Source: an uncultured SAR86 cluster bacterium (lineage in GTDB: Bacteria > Pseudomonadota > Gammaproteobacteria > Magnimaribacterales > D2472). Taken from it: a DNA stretch of 64,000 nt. The DNA is taken from NCBI GenBank assembly GCA_902517505.1, contig CABYCL010000004.1:38656-102655 (forward strand), in the 5' to 3' direction. Positions within the stretch are counted from its first letter, which is position 1. Every line of letters begins with the position of its first letter. The position numbers and the translations under genes were made by a program. The notes below the pieces were generated by a model, which saw nothing but the letters and a program-made list of their open reading frames with translations, had not been told where the DNA came from and made no database searches. Shown piece after piece: positions 32,067-40,908 of this stretch.

Positions 32067-33263
32067 TTATTTCTGGTACTTAGCTGCTTCTTCAGAACCA
32101 TCAGTTGCGGTGCCTTTTGTATATGAGTGTGCACCCATACCAGCAAGATCACCATTTTGAACAATTAAATATGGTTCTCTGATAGGTTTATCTTCAAAGA
32201 AACACTCAAGAATTTCTCTTACGCCAGCTGCATATCTTGCCTGTGCAGATAGTGATGTGCCAGAAGTATGAGGAGTCATCCCATGATTAGGCATTGTTCT
32301 CCATACGTGGTCATTGGGAGCTGGTTGCGGAAACCAAACGTCCCCAGCATACCCACTCAATTGACCGGACTCAAGGGCTCTTGCTATTGCATCTTTATCA
32401 CAGATTTTACCTCTTGCAGTGTTCACGATATAAGCACCTCGTTTCATTTTTCCAATCATTTCATCATTAAATAAATGCTCAGTTTTTGGATGAAGTGGGC
32501 AGCTGATATTTACTACATCGCATACAGCAACTAAAGATTCAACAGATTCATGATAAGTGAGGTTTAATTCAGCTTCGACTTCTTCAGAAAGTCTATGTAT
32601 ATCAAAGTAATGTAAATGAACGTCGAAAGGTTTCATTTTTCTGAGCATATCGATACCAATCCTACCCGCTGCAACAGTCCCAACATGCATGCCTTCAACA
32701 TCATAAGATCTTTGAACAGCATCTGCTATATTCCAACCACCTTCTTTAACTATTCTATGTTGGTTATGGTAATCCCTTACCATTGAAAGAATCATCATAA
32801 CTATGTGTTCTGCTACAGACCTTGAATTACAATATGTTACTTCAACAACATCGACGTTATTGTCCATAGCTGCTTGTAAGTCTACATGATCGGAACCAAT
32901 TCCAGCAGTAATTGCCATTTTTAAATTTGGTGCAGATTCCATTTTCTCTCTTGTAAGATAATATGGAAAGAAAGGTTGTGATATTACAATATCTGCATCA
33001 ACTAATTCCTTATCAGCCTGACATCCTTCACCATCTTTATCTGAAGTAACTACTAAAGTATGGCCAGTATCTTCTAAGAACTTTCTTAAACCTAATTCTC
33101 CAGACACACATCCCAAAAGCTCACCAGGTGTAAAATCAACAGAGCTTGGTGTGGGAAGAGACATTCCATCTGGATATTTATCTAGATTAGGGAGATCATC
33201 TCTTGCATATTTATCAGGCATTCCATTTTTAGGATCATCATAAAGCACACATAATATTTTCAT
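32067..33263 (-). CDS. fdh: NAD-dependent, metal-independent formate dehydrogenase (398 aa)
   Basis: MKILCVLYDDP, ISQPF.P, AGIGSDH, AAGRIG, FDIHR (NAD-type Asp), GDVWFPQP, TPHTSG. SD GAGG precedes ATG 33263. Confidence 0.96.
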   Translation of the reverse strand: MKILCVLYDDPKNGMPDKYARDDLPNLDKYPDGMSLPTPSSVDFTPGELLGCVSGELGLRKFLEDTGHTLVVTSDKDGEGCQADKELVDADIVISQPFFPYYLTREKMESAPNLKMAITAGIGSDHVDLQAAMDNNVDVVEVTYCNSRSVAEHIVMMILSMVRDYHNQHRIVKEGGWNIADAVQRSYDVEGMHVGTVAAGRIGIDMLRKMKPFDVHLHYFDIHRLSEEVEAELNLTYHESVESLVAVCDVVNISCPLHPKTEHLFNDEMIGKMKRGAYIVNTARGKICDKDAIARALESGQLSGYAGDVWFPQPAPNDHVWRTMPNHGMTPHTSGTSLSAQARYAAGVREILECFFEDKPIREPYLIVQNGDLAGMGAHSYTKGTATDGSEEAAKYQK

Positions 33264-33394
33264 TTTTTTCCTCAAATAAAATTAACATCGCTAATGTTAA
33301 AACAAAATAAATTAAACACAACAATTAATTTAAATAAAATCATCCACCTATTTTTAAGATAAATGTGACAATAATTTAGTAAAATTACAAATAA

Positions 33395-33497
33395 TTGATA
33401 AAAATCATGGGTACAATGTTAAAATATGAGTACATTTATAAAAAAATCTTGATAAAAATTTAAAATGATGCAAGAATATGGGTACATTATGAGTACA
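33395..33497 (+). repeat. Direct repeat cluster: 2x TTGATAAAAAT and 4x ATG(G/A)GTACA
   Basis: TTGATAAAAAT at 33395 and 33449. ATGGGTACA at 33407 and 33478. ATGAGTACA at 33426 and 33489. Confidence 0.8.
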
Positions 33498-33929
33498 AAT
33501 GACGATAAATACCTAGTTTTAAGAGGAAAAAATAAAGATATATACTTTATACAAAAGCGCTTATCTAAGGATATTTCGAAGATTATAGGGAAAGAATTTA
33601 TAAAAAAATCCCTTGAAACAACAGATATCCATATTGCAAGGCAAAAAAGAGATAAAATTATTGAAGAACTTGAACAAATAGTCCTAAATTCTTCACTAAA
33701 TCAAGAAAATATTCATTATTCTAGCGAAATTTACAATGTACCCATTGAAAAAGAGTCAATAAATACACTTAAAAATGACATTTTAGAGAATAATTCAAAA
33801 ACCAAAAATGATAAATTTGCAATTTTTTCATTAAAAATCCCAAATAAAGAAGATTTAATAGAAAATATTGATAAATTTATACCAATAGGTATTGTTATGT
33901 TGACTTTATTTATTGCTTTTATTGCTTAA
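33489..33929 (+). CDS. DUF6538-like (integrase N-terminal arm-binding) domain with C-terminal TM anchor
   Basis: YLVLRG....YFIQKRLSKDI..IIGKEFIKKSLETTD...AR..RD resembles DUF6538. Ends in hydrophobic FIPIGIVMLTLFIAFIA. No recombinase domain. Alternative start at 33465. Confidence 0.7.
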   Translation: MSTNDDKYLVLRGKNKDIYFIQKRLSKDISKIIGKEFIKKSLETTDIHIARQKRDKIIEELEQIVLNSSLNQENIHYSSEIYNVPIEKESINTLKNDILENNSKTKNDKFAIFSLKIPNKEDLIENIDKFIPIGIVMLTLFIAFIA

Positions 33930-34731
33930 TCTTCTTCTTTAATAAATTTAAATAATCTTTATCAAAATGGTTTTTATTGAATTGATTTATGTAATTAGCC
34001 CAAATTAATTCAGTATAGACATTCATTAAACTCCACTTTTTAATTTTTGTATTAATACTTTCACTAATTTCATCTATTCCATAACCTCTAAGCAATTTAT
34101 CTTTTTCTGATGTTTGTAGATTCAATGATTCAATTAATTTAGATAAGTCTGAATACTTACTGTTAAAACTTAAATATTCAAAATCAATAAAAACAATTTT
34201 ATTATTTTTGAACATCACATTTGAAAAATTTAAATCATTATGGCTAAGAACATATTTTTCTTTGCCTACATTTAATTCATTAAATAGATCAACAGCATCT
34301 TTAAAATATTTATTATCCAATTCCGATGAAGATACATTTAGATATACATTTAATTGATCTTGAAAAGTTTTTGTTCTTTTACTCGATGTAATTCCATGTA
34401 ACTCTTTTAATTTTTTTCCAAGTTGATAAAAATTATTAAATTGTTTGTCTGATGAATCCCTTTCAAAATATTCGTAGATAATTAGCTCTGAATGTAAGTC
34501 GTAAAATAAAATTTTTGGAGAAATATTTTTTGTAACAATTTTTTGGATTATTCCATTTTTAAAATATTCATTGATAATTAATTTAAATTTATTTTTTTTT
34601 GATAACTTAAAAATTGATTTTGTATTATTAAATTCTCCTAAAAATATTTGTGAAGTCTCTCCATCACTAATCTGTTCTATGACTTTGAAATTATAATTTT
34701 CTTTTTTTAGTATTGTTTCTAATTTTTTCAT
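33919..34731 (-). CDS. APH/choline-kinase-fold kinase, probable thiamine kinase
   Basis: HNDL...N and IDFEY motifs. Last gene of the TPP-riboswitch operon. Confidence 0.8.
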   Translation of the reverse strand: MKKLETILKKENYNFKVIEQISDGETSQIFLGEFNNTKSIFKLSKKNKFKLIINEYFKNGIIQKIVTKNISPKILFYDLHSELIIYEYFERDSSDKQFNNFYQLGKKLKELHGITSSKRTKTFQDQLNVYLNVSSSELDNKYFKDAVDLFNELNVGKEKYVLSHNDLNFSNVMFKNNKIVFIDFEYLSFNSKYSDLSKLIESLNLQTSEKDKLLRGYGIDEISESINTKIKKWSLMNVYTELIWANYINQFNKNHFDKDYLNLLKKKIKQ

Positions 34732-35297
34732 GAATATTCTTCTAATTTTTTATTCCAGGATTGATATCCAAAAATAATAATTATTAGATATATGAAAAAT
34801 AATAAAGAGGTTAGATATAACTCCCTTGAGAAAAATAGATATATAGATATTGAATCAATCACAAACCAGTAGATCCAATTTTCAATAATCTTTTTTGCTA
34901 CCATATATGTCGTGATAATAGCTCCAAAAGTTGTAAATGCATCTAAAAATGGAAATACAGCATTTGTATATTTTTCAAGAATTTCTCCTGAAATTATTGC
35001 AAGTATCACTATTAAACTTATTGCGTATACATGCTTTATTTTTTTCCATTTCTTAATCCTTATAACACATTCTTCATTTGATACTTTATTCCATTGATTC
35101 CAACCATAAATGGCCATGGTAATGTAAAAAATTTGCAAAATTGCCTCCATTAATAGGCCTGCATCAAGCATTATAAAGAAATATAGTGAAGAACTAATTA
35201 TGGCCGCATACCAGCATTTTATGTCTTCTTTAGCAGCTAAGATTAAATATAGTATTGCTGTGATAACAGCAATAATTTCTGGAATTAAATTTAACAT
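34728..35297 (-). CDS. pnuC: PnuC-family transporter, probable thiamine transporter PnuT
   Basis: YG...W, PFLDAFTT, ENW..W.V.D motifs. Under TPP riboswitch control. Confidence 0.9.
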   Translation of the reverse strand: MLNLIPEIIAVITAILYLILAAKEDIKCWYAAIISSSLYFFIMLDAGLLMEAILQIFYITMAIYGWNQWNKVSNEECVIRIKKWKKIKHVYAISLIVILAIISGEILEKYTNAVFPFLDAFTTFGAIITTYMVAKKIIENWIYWFVIDSISIYLFFSRELYLTSLLFFIYLIIIIFGYQSWNKKLEEYS

Positions 35298-35302
35298 GGA
35301 AA

Positions 35303-37402
35303 CTAAAAATTATATCTAAGTGAAATGCCAATATGTTTAGGGTCTCCTTGTCTTCTATATAGAGTATCAATAAAGTTAGGCGCTTCGTTACCAAAGAAAA
35401 ATCCTCTAGTTGAATAATATTTATCAAACAAATTTCTTATCCACAGATCAACAGTAAAATTAGCATTTGAGTATCCGAAAGTTAAGTTAGTTAATTGATA
35501 GCTTTTAGATTGATTGTCATGTGAATCTGAATAATAAAAACTACCTTTTCCATTAATATCTAATTTTAAATATAAGTTATTTTTAAGAATTAAATTTCCA
35601 CCAATAGAATATGAGTGCTCGGGTGAGTGAGCTTGTGATCTATCTTCTAGATCAATTCTTGATTCCCAATTTTTTATCTTTGTTTTAAGAAATCCTAAAT
35701 TAGCATATATATATAAATTATCTGTTACCAAGTAATGCGAAGTGATTTCAATTCCGTAGTTTTCTCCCTCTGCAGCATTTTGAGTTAAGTATGAAAAAGT
35801 ATTAGGGTCACTTGGATCAACTTGTCTAGAAATCAAAACTTGTTGATCTTTTCTTTCAGAGAAAAATATTACAAGTGAATAATTCAGATCTCTATCCTTT
35901 AAGTTTGAGCTTACACCAAATTCATAATTAGTTAGATATTCAGGATCATAAATAAGAGATTGTTTTACTAAATTATCTGTAGCATCAAGACCGAGATTAA
36001 ATCCACCTTGTTTATATCCTCTTGCTATTGAAAAATAAATATTTGAATCATCATTAGTTTTTTTGACTATCGAAATTTTTCCACCACTCATATTATCTGA
36101 AGGATTAAAAGATTCATTATTTGAATCTTTATATTTTGAATCCCAATTTTCCAATCTCAAGCCGAAAGCAAGTTTAGTTTTATCTGTTAAAAAATAATCA
36201 ATATTTCCAAACACTGATAAATTTTCAGATTCATAATTTCTTGAAATTGAAGATTCACTAGCATATGGCCCAAAGGGATCAGACGGATCTCCATAAATTC
36301 CATCATCTTTAGTTATATTTGATTCATCTAATTCGCTAAAATCTAAACCAAAGACCCATTCAAATGGATTTTTTTGAGAAAAATCCTTATTTTTTGACAA
36401 AAAACGTATTTCTTGACTAAAAGTGTCTCTTTTTCTTAATGTTTCAGAAAAATAATCATAGGTGTATGGAAAATGTGAGTCAGGATTACCCCAATCTGCA
36501 TCATAACTAAAAACAACATCAGTTTTTGTTGAGCTTGTTAAACTTTGGAGATCAAAATTATTTAAATTCTTAATTATTTTTATTCCAATTGAGTCTGTTA
36601 TTTGTGAATCCATTCCTGGACGATCTGATAAAGTATCTAAACTTCCATCAATTGTCCAAATATCAGCTGGGTCATCCATATCAATTTTTGAAACAAGAAA
36701 ATTAATATTTGTAGTTTCATTAATTTCCCAATCAAGTTTGTAACGCAAAGTTAGTTCATCTTTTTTTGAGGTATCTGATTTATTTAAGTAAGTATTTTTT
36801 CTAAATCCGTTAGCATAGTCAGTTCTCATTACCAAACGATATTTCATTTTTTCATTCTTTAATGGTCCTCCAAATGCAACTCCAATATTTTGAGTTCTAT
36901 AATCTCCAAAAGTTAGCTCAGAAATCCCTTCAAATTTATCTGTTGGATCTTTGGTTTTTATGTAAATTAATCCTGCTAGAGCATTTGCACCTGTTCTAGA
37001 TCCTTGAGGTCCACGAAATACTTCTACTTGATCAACATCAAATAAAGTTGCAATGCCTCCCTGTCCAGAATAGTCGATGTCATCGATAATAAAACCAACA
37101 GAAGAATTTGGTGTTCCCTGATAACCAGATCTTTCTCCTATACCTCTTATCTGAAAATATCTTGCTCTTGAATCTGAAGCTGCATAATTTAAATTTGGAA
37201 CAAGATATGAGAGCTGTTGAAAATGTTTTATAGCTTGTGATCTTATTTTTTCTGATTGAATAATAAGAATACTTGAATCTTCTTCACTAATATATTTTTC
37301 TCGATATTCACCTTTAACAATTATTTCCTCAATACCCTGTGAGAAAATTGAAAGTGAATATACTAATGCTGATAAAGATAAGATTTTGTTACTGATATAC
37401 AT
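35303..37402 (-). CDS. TonB-dependent receptor, probable thiamine uptake (699 aa)
   Basis: Signal peptide from ATG 37402, TonB box EEIIV, IRGIG, VEVFRGPQG, C-terminal LRYNF. Confidence 0.93.
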   Translation of the reverse strand: MYISNKILSLSALVYSLSIFSQGIEEIIVKGEYREKYISEEDSSILIIQSEKIRSQAIKHFQQLSYLVPNLNYAASDSRARYFQIRGIGERSGYQGTPNSSVGFIIDDIDYSGQGGIATLFDVDQVEVFRGPQGSRTGANALAGLIYIKTKDPTDKFEGISELTFGDYRTQNIGVAFGGPLKNEKMKYRLVMRTDYANGFRKNTYLNKSDTSKKDELTLRYKLDWEINETTNINFLVSKIDMDDPADIWTIDGSLDTLSDRPGMDSQITDSIGIKIIKNLNNFDLQSLTSSTKTDVVFSYDADWGNPDSHFPYTYDYFSETLRKRDTFSQEIRFLSKNKDFSQKNPFEWVFGLDFSELDESNITKDDGIYGDPSDPFGPYASESSISRNYESENLSVFGNIDYFLTDKTKLAFGLRLENWDSKYKDSNNESFNPSDNMSGGKISIVKKTNDDSNIYFSIARGYKQGGFNLGLDATDNLVKQSLIYDPEYLTNYEFGVSSNLKDRDLNYSLVIFFSERKDQQVLISRQVDPSDPNTFSYLTQNAAEGENYGIEITSHYLVTDNLYIYANLGFLKTKIKNWESRIDLEDRSQAHSPEHSYSIGGNLILKNNLYLKLDINGKGSFYYSDSHDNQSKSYQLTNLTFGYSNANFTVDLWIRNLFDKYYSTRGFFFGNEAPNFIDTLYRRQGDPKHIGISLRYNF

Positions 37403-37486
37403 ATGCAATTCCTCCGCAACTATTGTGTTGATCAGGTTCAAAGAGTTTCATAAGATCTCAGGCTAAATTAGCCACCCCTTTGCATG
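37403..37486 (-). ncRNA. TPP riboswitch (compact)
   Basis: Minus strand reads ATGCAA-AGGGGT-GGCTAATTTAGCC-TGAGA...ACTCT-TTGAACCTGATCAACACAATAGTTGCGGAGGAA-TTGCAT-ATG. Has the CUGAGA, ACCUGAU, AAU-loop and GCG.AGG hallmarks. Confidence 0.92.
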
Positions 37487-37648
37487 CTTATATGTTAATG
37501 AATAAAAATTGAAAGGTCACTTATTCTTTTGGCTTTTCTGAAAAATTTTTCAAGTTGTGGCAAGTAAGCTAAATATATTTAGCTGGTGCAAATTTATACT
37601 TTAGTTATAAAAAATCTATGATTTTTAGTATAATATTATTACCGCATA

Positions 37649-39751
37649 TCAATTATTTATTGAATTTAAAGCATAACCATAAATCTCTGAAATCTGATTT
37701 ATTATTTTATCCTTTGGAGTTCCTGCACCATGTCCTGCTCTATCTTCAATCCGAATTAATATTGGATTTTCGCAGCCCTGATATTCTTGAAGTTTAGCTG
37801 CAAATTTGTATGAATGAGAAGGAACAACTCGATCATCACGACTCGCTGTTGTAACCAATGTAGTTGGATAACAGTTATCTTTCTCGATGTTATGCAGTGG
37901 ACTATAAGCTAAAAGATTTTCGAACTCATCTTTTTTATCTACAGATCCATAATCACTTTCCCATGCCCAACCAATTGTAAATTTACTAAACCTCAACATA
38001 TCCAAAACTCCAACTTGTGGAATAGCAACTTTGAACAGATCTGGATTTTGTAACATGGTAGCTGCAACTAGAAGTCCTCCATTTGAACCACCAATAATTG
38101 CAGTAGTTTTTTCAGAGCCAATATTATTCTCATGTAGAAATTTTGCAGCAAATGCAAAATCGTCAAAAACATTTTGTTTGTTTAATAACATTCCAGATTC
38201 ATGCCATTCACTACCATATTCTCCACCACCTCTTAAATTTGCTACCGCATATACTCCACCTAAATTTTTCCAAGCAGCATGAGTTTTTCTAAAACCTGGT
38301 AAAAGAGAAATATTGAATCCCCCATATCCGTATAACATTAAGGGTGTATCTTTATTAATTTTTAATCCTTTCTTGTAACTAATATGTATAGGAATTTTTG
38401 TTCCGTCTTTTGAAGGATAAAATTTTAATTCTGAGACATAATCCTCTGACTCATATCCATCAATTTCTTCTTTCCAAAAAAGTTTTATATCTAATGAATC
38501 CAATTTGATTTCATATATCTCTCTTGGAGTAACGTAGTTTGAAACTGAAAAATAAGTTTTAGTGTCATCGATCTCTCCACCAAACCCTCCAATGGTTCCA
38601 TTTTTTGGTAACTCAAGATCTTGTACAAAATTTCCAGAAAGATCAAAAATTTTTATACTAGAAAAAGTATCAATTAAATAATTAACAATAAATGAATTAT
38701 TTATAACATTTACAGATCGAATGGAATTTTCTGATTCTGCAATGACATCATTCCAAATAAAAGAACCATTTTTAAGCTCTAAATTAACAATTTTGCCATT
38801 TGGGGCCCCTTCAGTTGTATAAAACCATAGAATATTGTCTTTACTGTCAATAAAGCTGTAAGCTCCTATCAATTCATCTATTAAAGGAAGGAACTTTTCA
38901 CCTGGATTTAACTGAATATAGAGCCTATTTCTTTCATCAGTTCCCTCTGAAATTGATAAAAGTTTAATATTTGTATCTTCTATTACATTAATGCCCCATC
39001 CCCATCTTGGTTGATCAGGATTTTCATAAAAAACCTGGTCTTCTGATTGATTGGTTCCAATCTTATGAAACATTAGTTTAGGAGATTGGTTTATATCTTT
39101 AAGTAGCTCTTCATTTGGCTCGTTATATTTTTGATAGAAAAATCCAGAATCATCATTCTCCCATGTGGCCCCAGAAAATTTAGCCCATTTAATCTCATCA
39201 GAAAGAATCTCACCAGTTTCAATATTCATAACTTTCCAAATTCGCCAATCAGAACCTCCATCAGAAATCGAATAAGCAATATGGTCAGCATTATTATTAA
39301 CGCTAGTACTTCCCAATGAAATTGTGCCATCTTCAGAAAATGTATTAGGGTCTATCAGAACACGCTCTTCGCATTCATCACAGTCCTTGATCATCAATTT
39401 GCTTTGCTGAAAAGTACCGTCATTAAAATAATAAAAAGTTTTATCTTCAACTTTATAAGGAGTAGATATAGATTCATTTTCCCAAATCTTTTCTAAGTAT
39501 TCTCCTATGCCTCTTTTGAATTTATTTTTACCAATATACTTCTTTGTAAAATTATTTTGCCTCTTAACCCAATTAATAGACTCATCACTTGTAAAGTCTT
39601 CTAACCATCTATAAGAATCTGAAATTTCATAACCATGAATGTTTTCGACAAAATTTATCTTTTTTGATTCTGGATAAACACTTCCATCATCATTGCTAGA
39701 ACAGGAAATTAGAATTATTAAAGAGGATAAACTAAGGAATTTTTTATACAT
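37649..39751 (-). CDS. Prolyl oligopeptidase (S9A), lipoprotein
   Basis: Lipobox ILISC, D.YRWLE, YGGF, RGGGEYG, GGSNGGLL, DDRV, GHG. Confidence 0.95.
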   Translation of the reverse strand: MYKKFLSLSSLIILISCSSNDDGSVYPESKKINFVENIHGYEISDSYRWLEDFTSDESINWVKRQNNFTKKYIGKNKFKRGIGEYLEKIWENESISTPYKVEDKTFYYFNDGTFQQSKLMIKDCDECEERVLIDPNTFSEDGTISLGSTSVNNNADHIAYSISDGGSDWRIWKVMNIETGEILSDEIKWAKFSGATWENDDSGFFYQKYNEPNEELLKDINQSPKLMFHKIGTNQSEDQVFYENPDQPRWGWGINVIEDTNIKLLSISEGTDERNRLYIQLNPGEKFLPLIDELIGAYSFIDSKDNILWFYTTEGAPNGKIVNLELKNGSFIWNDVIAESENSIRSVNVINNSFIVNYLIDTFSSIKIFDLSGNFVQDLELPKNGTIGGFGGEIDDTKTYFSVSNYVTPREIYEIKLDSLDIKLFWKEEIDGYESEDYVSELKFYPSKDGTKIPIHISYKKGLKINKDTPLMLYGYGGFNISLLPGFRKTHAAWKNLGGVYAVANLRGGGEYGSEWHESGMLLNKQNVFDDFAFAAKFLHENNIGSEKTTAIIGGSNGGLLVAATMLQNPDLFKVAIPQVGVLDMLRFSKFTIGWAWESDYGSVDKKDEFENLLAYSPLHNIEKDNCYPTTLVTTASRDDRVVPSHSYKFAAKLQEYQGCENPILIRIEDRAGHGAGTPKDKIINQISEIYGYALNSINN

Positions 39752-39779
39752 AGAAAACATATTACTTTACAATTACCCA

Positions 39780-40454
39780 ATGGATCAATTCAAAAACTCA
39801 TGGGAATTTCTATTTTCAAATTGGAAATTCTTTCTTACATTAGCCTTACCACTTATAACTGTGCAAACCTTAACTGGATATCTTATTATTCCACTTGCAG
39901 AGATGACACAACCAGAAGACTTCCTAAGTTTTTTTGAATCCAACTCAGGAGTAATTGCTTTAGTTGGAATTATTGGTCTTATAATTCAAATATCATTCAT
40001 GGGTGGGATCTGGATGGGGTATATGTCGATAGACGCTAATAAAACGATAAGTCCAATAGCAGCACTTCAAGCAGGATTATCAAAATTTTTTCCACTATTT
40101 GGAGCTTATATTGTTGTAACAATCGCTTCAGCTTTAGGATACTTAATGCTTATTCTTCCAGGTATATATTTATCCGCAAGATTTTCATTATTTGTAGCTC
40201 ATATTATGTTTGAAGACAATAAAGTTTTTCAGTCCATTGGTGCTTCATGGGAAAAAACAGATGAGTTTGGATCAAGGCTATTCATGTTTACTTTAGTATT
40301 TTTTATTTTGATTCTTATATCATCTTTAATTTTACAAAGCATAATTCCAACTGGAATAACTCAATCATTTATTTTATCCATAAGTGAGGTTATCTTTATG
40401 ATTCCACTTGGATACATATATTTCACTCTCTATAAATCTATTAAAGTTAGTTAG
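39780..40454 (+). CDS. Multi-pass membrane protein (YciC/GPDPase-membrane-domain-like)
   Basis: About 6 TM segments, LILPGIYL..RF, SI..SW. Likely start is ATG 39780. Confidence 0.65.
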   Translation: MDQFKNSWEFLFSNWKFFLTLALPLITVQTLTGYLIIPLAEMTQPEDFLSFFESNSGVIALVGIIGLIIQISFMGGIWMGYMSIDANKTISPIAALQAGLSKFFPLFGAYIVVTIASALGYLMLILPGIYLSARFSLFVAHIMFEDNKVFQSIGASWEKTDEFGSRLFMFTLVFFILILISSLILQSIIPTGITQSFILSISEVIFMIPLGYIYFTLYKSIKVS

Positions 40455-40459
40455 ACTAA

Positions 40460-40488
40460 TTGTCCAAATCTTAATTCAAAGGTAGAAT
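40460..40488 (+). promoter_or_regulatory. Sigma70-type promoter of tRNA-Ile
   Basis: TTGTCC, 17-bp spacer, TAGAAT, ending 14 bp before the tRNA. Confidence 0.65.
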
Positions 40489-40502
40489 GCACATTCGTTA
40501 TA

Positions 40503-40581
40503 GGGCCTGTAGCTCAGTTTTGGTTAGAGCGTTCGACTGATAATCGAGAGGTCGGAAGTTCGAGTCTTCCCAGGCCCACCA
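40503..40581 (+). tRNA. tRNA-Ile(GAT)
   Basis: Acceptor GGGCCTG/CAGGCCC-ACCA, D arm GCTC/GAGC, anticodon arm TTCGA-CT-GAT-AA-TCGAG, T arm GGAAG-TTCGAGT-CTTCC, encoded CCA. Confidence 0.97.
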
Positions 40582-40590
40582 TATTTTTAA

Positions 40591-40617
40591 AAAAATGTAT
40601 CAAATTTAGACTTTTTT
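40591..40617. promoter_or_regulatory. 27-bp putative operator, copy 2 (upstream of small protein/CrtR-like operon)
   Basis: AAAAATGTATCAAATTTAGACTTTTTT is the exact reverse complement of 30387-30413. TATAAT lies at 40635-40640. Confidence 0.75.
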
Positions 40618-40704
40618 ACAAAATTGCTTTCGATTATAATCATTATAACGCTAGACGCATGAGCGTTATGACCGTAAATACAAATTTATAATTATTTTTT
40701 AAAA

Positions 40705-40908
40705 ATGAATGCATTAGTTGAATCATTATCAGATCATATAGAAAATTGGGGCATGGTCTGGTTTGGATTAATTTTTTTAGGAAGCATATTTAACGAATTT
40801 TCTCTTTTTAATGCTTTAAATATTTCAGTGTTTGATATAAATTTGTTTCCGTATATATTAGGTTTAATAATTGGTCTAGTTGCAAAATATAGAGGTGGTT
40901 GGATATGA
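40705..40908 (+). CDS. Small (67 aa) two-TM membrane protein of unknown function
   Basis: Two hydrophobic segments. Its stop overlaps the next start (ATGA), and the SD GAGGTGG for the next gene lies in its 3' end. Confidence 0.75.
   Translation: MNALVESLSDHIENWGMVWFGLIFLGSIFNEFSLFNALNISVFDINLFPYILGLIIGLVAKYRGGWI

Noticed and set aside
33395..33497. CRISPR-like array
   Set aside because: The repeats are 9-11 bp with irregular short spacing and there are no cas genes.
37403..37441. 13-aa N-terminal extension of the TonB receptor
   Set aside because: It lies inside the TPP aptamer. The real start is ATG 37402.
37500..37600. Second riboswitch (cobalamin or tandem TPP) upstream of the TPP aptamer
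   Set aside because: Only scattered 4-5 nt similarities. The core motifs (GGGAA/B12 box, CUGAGA, ACCUG) are absent.
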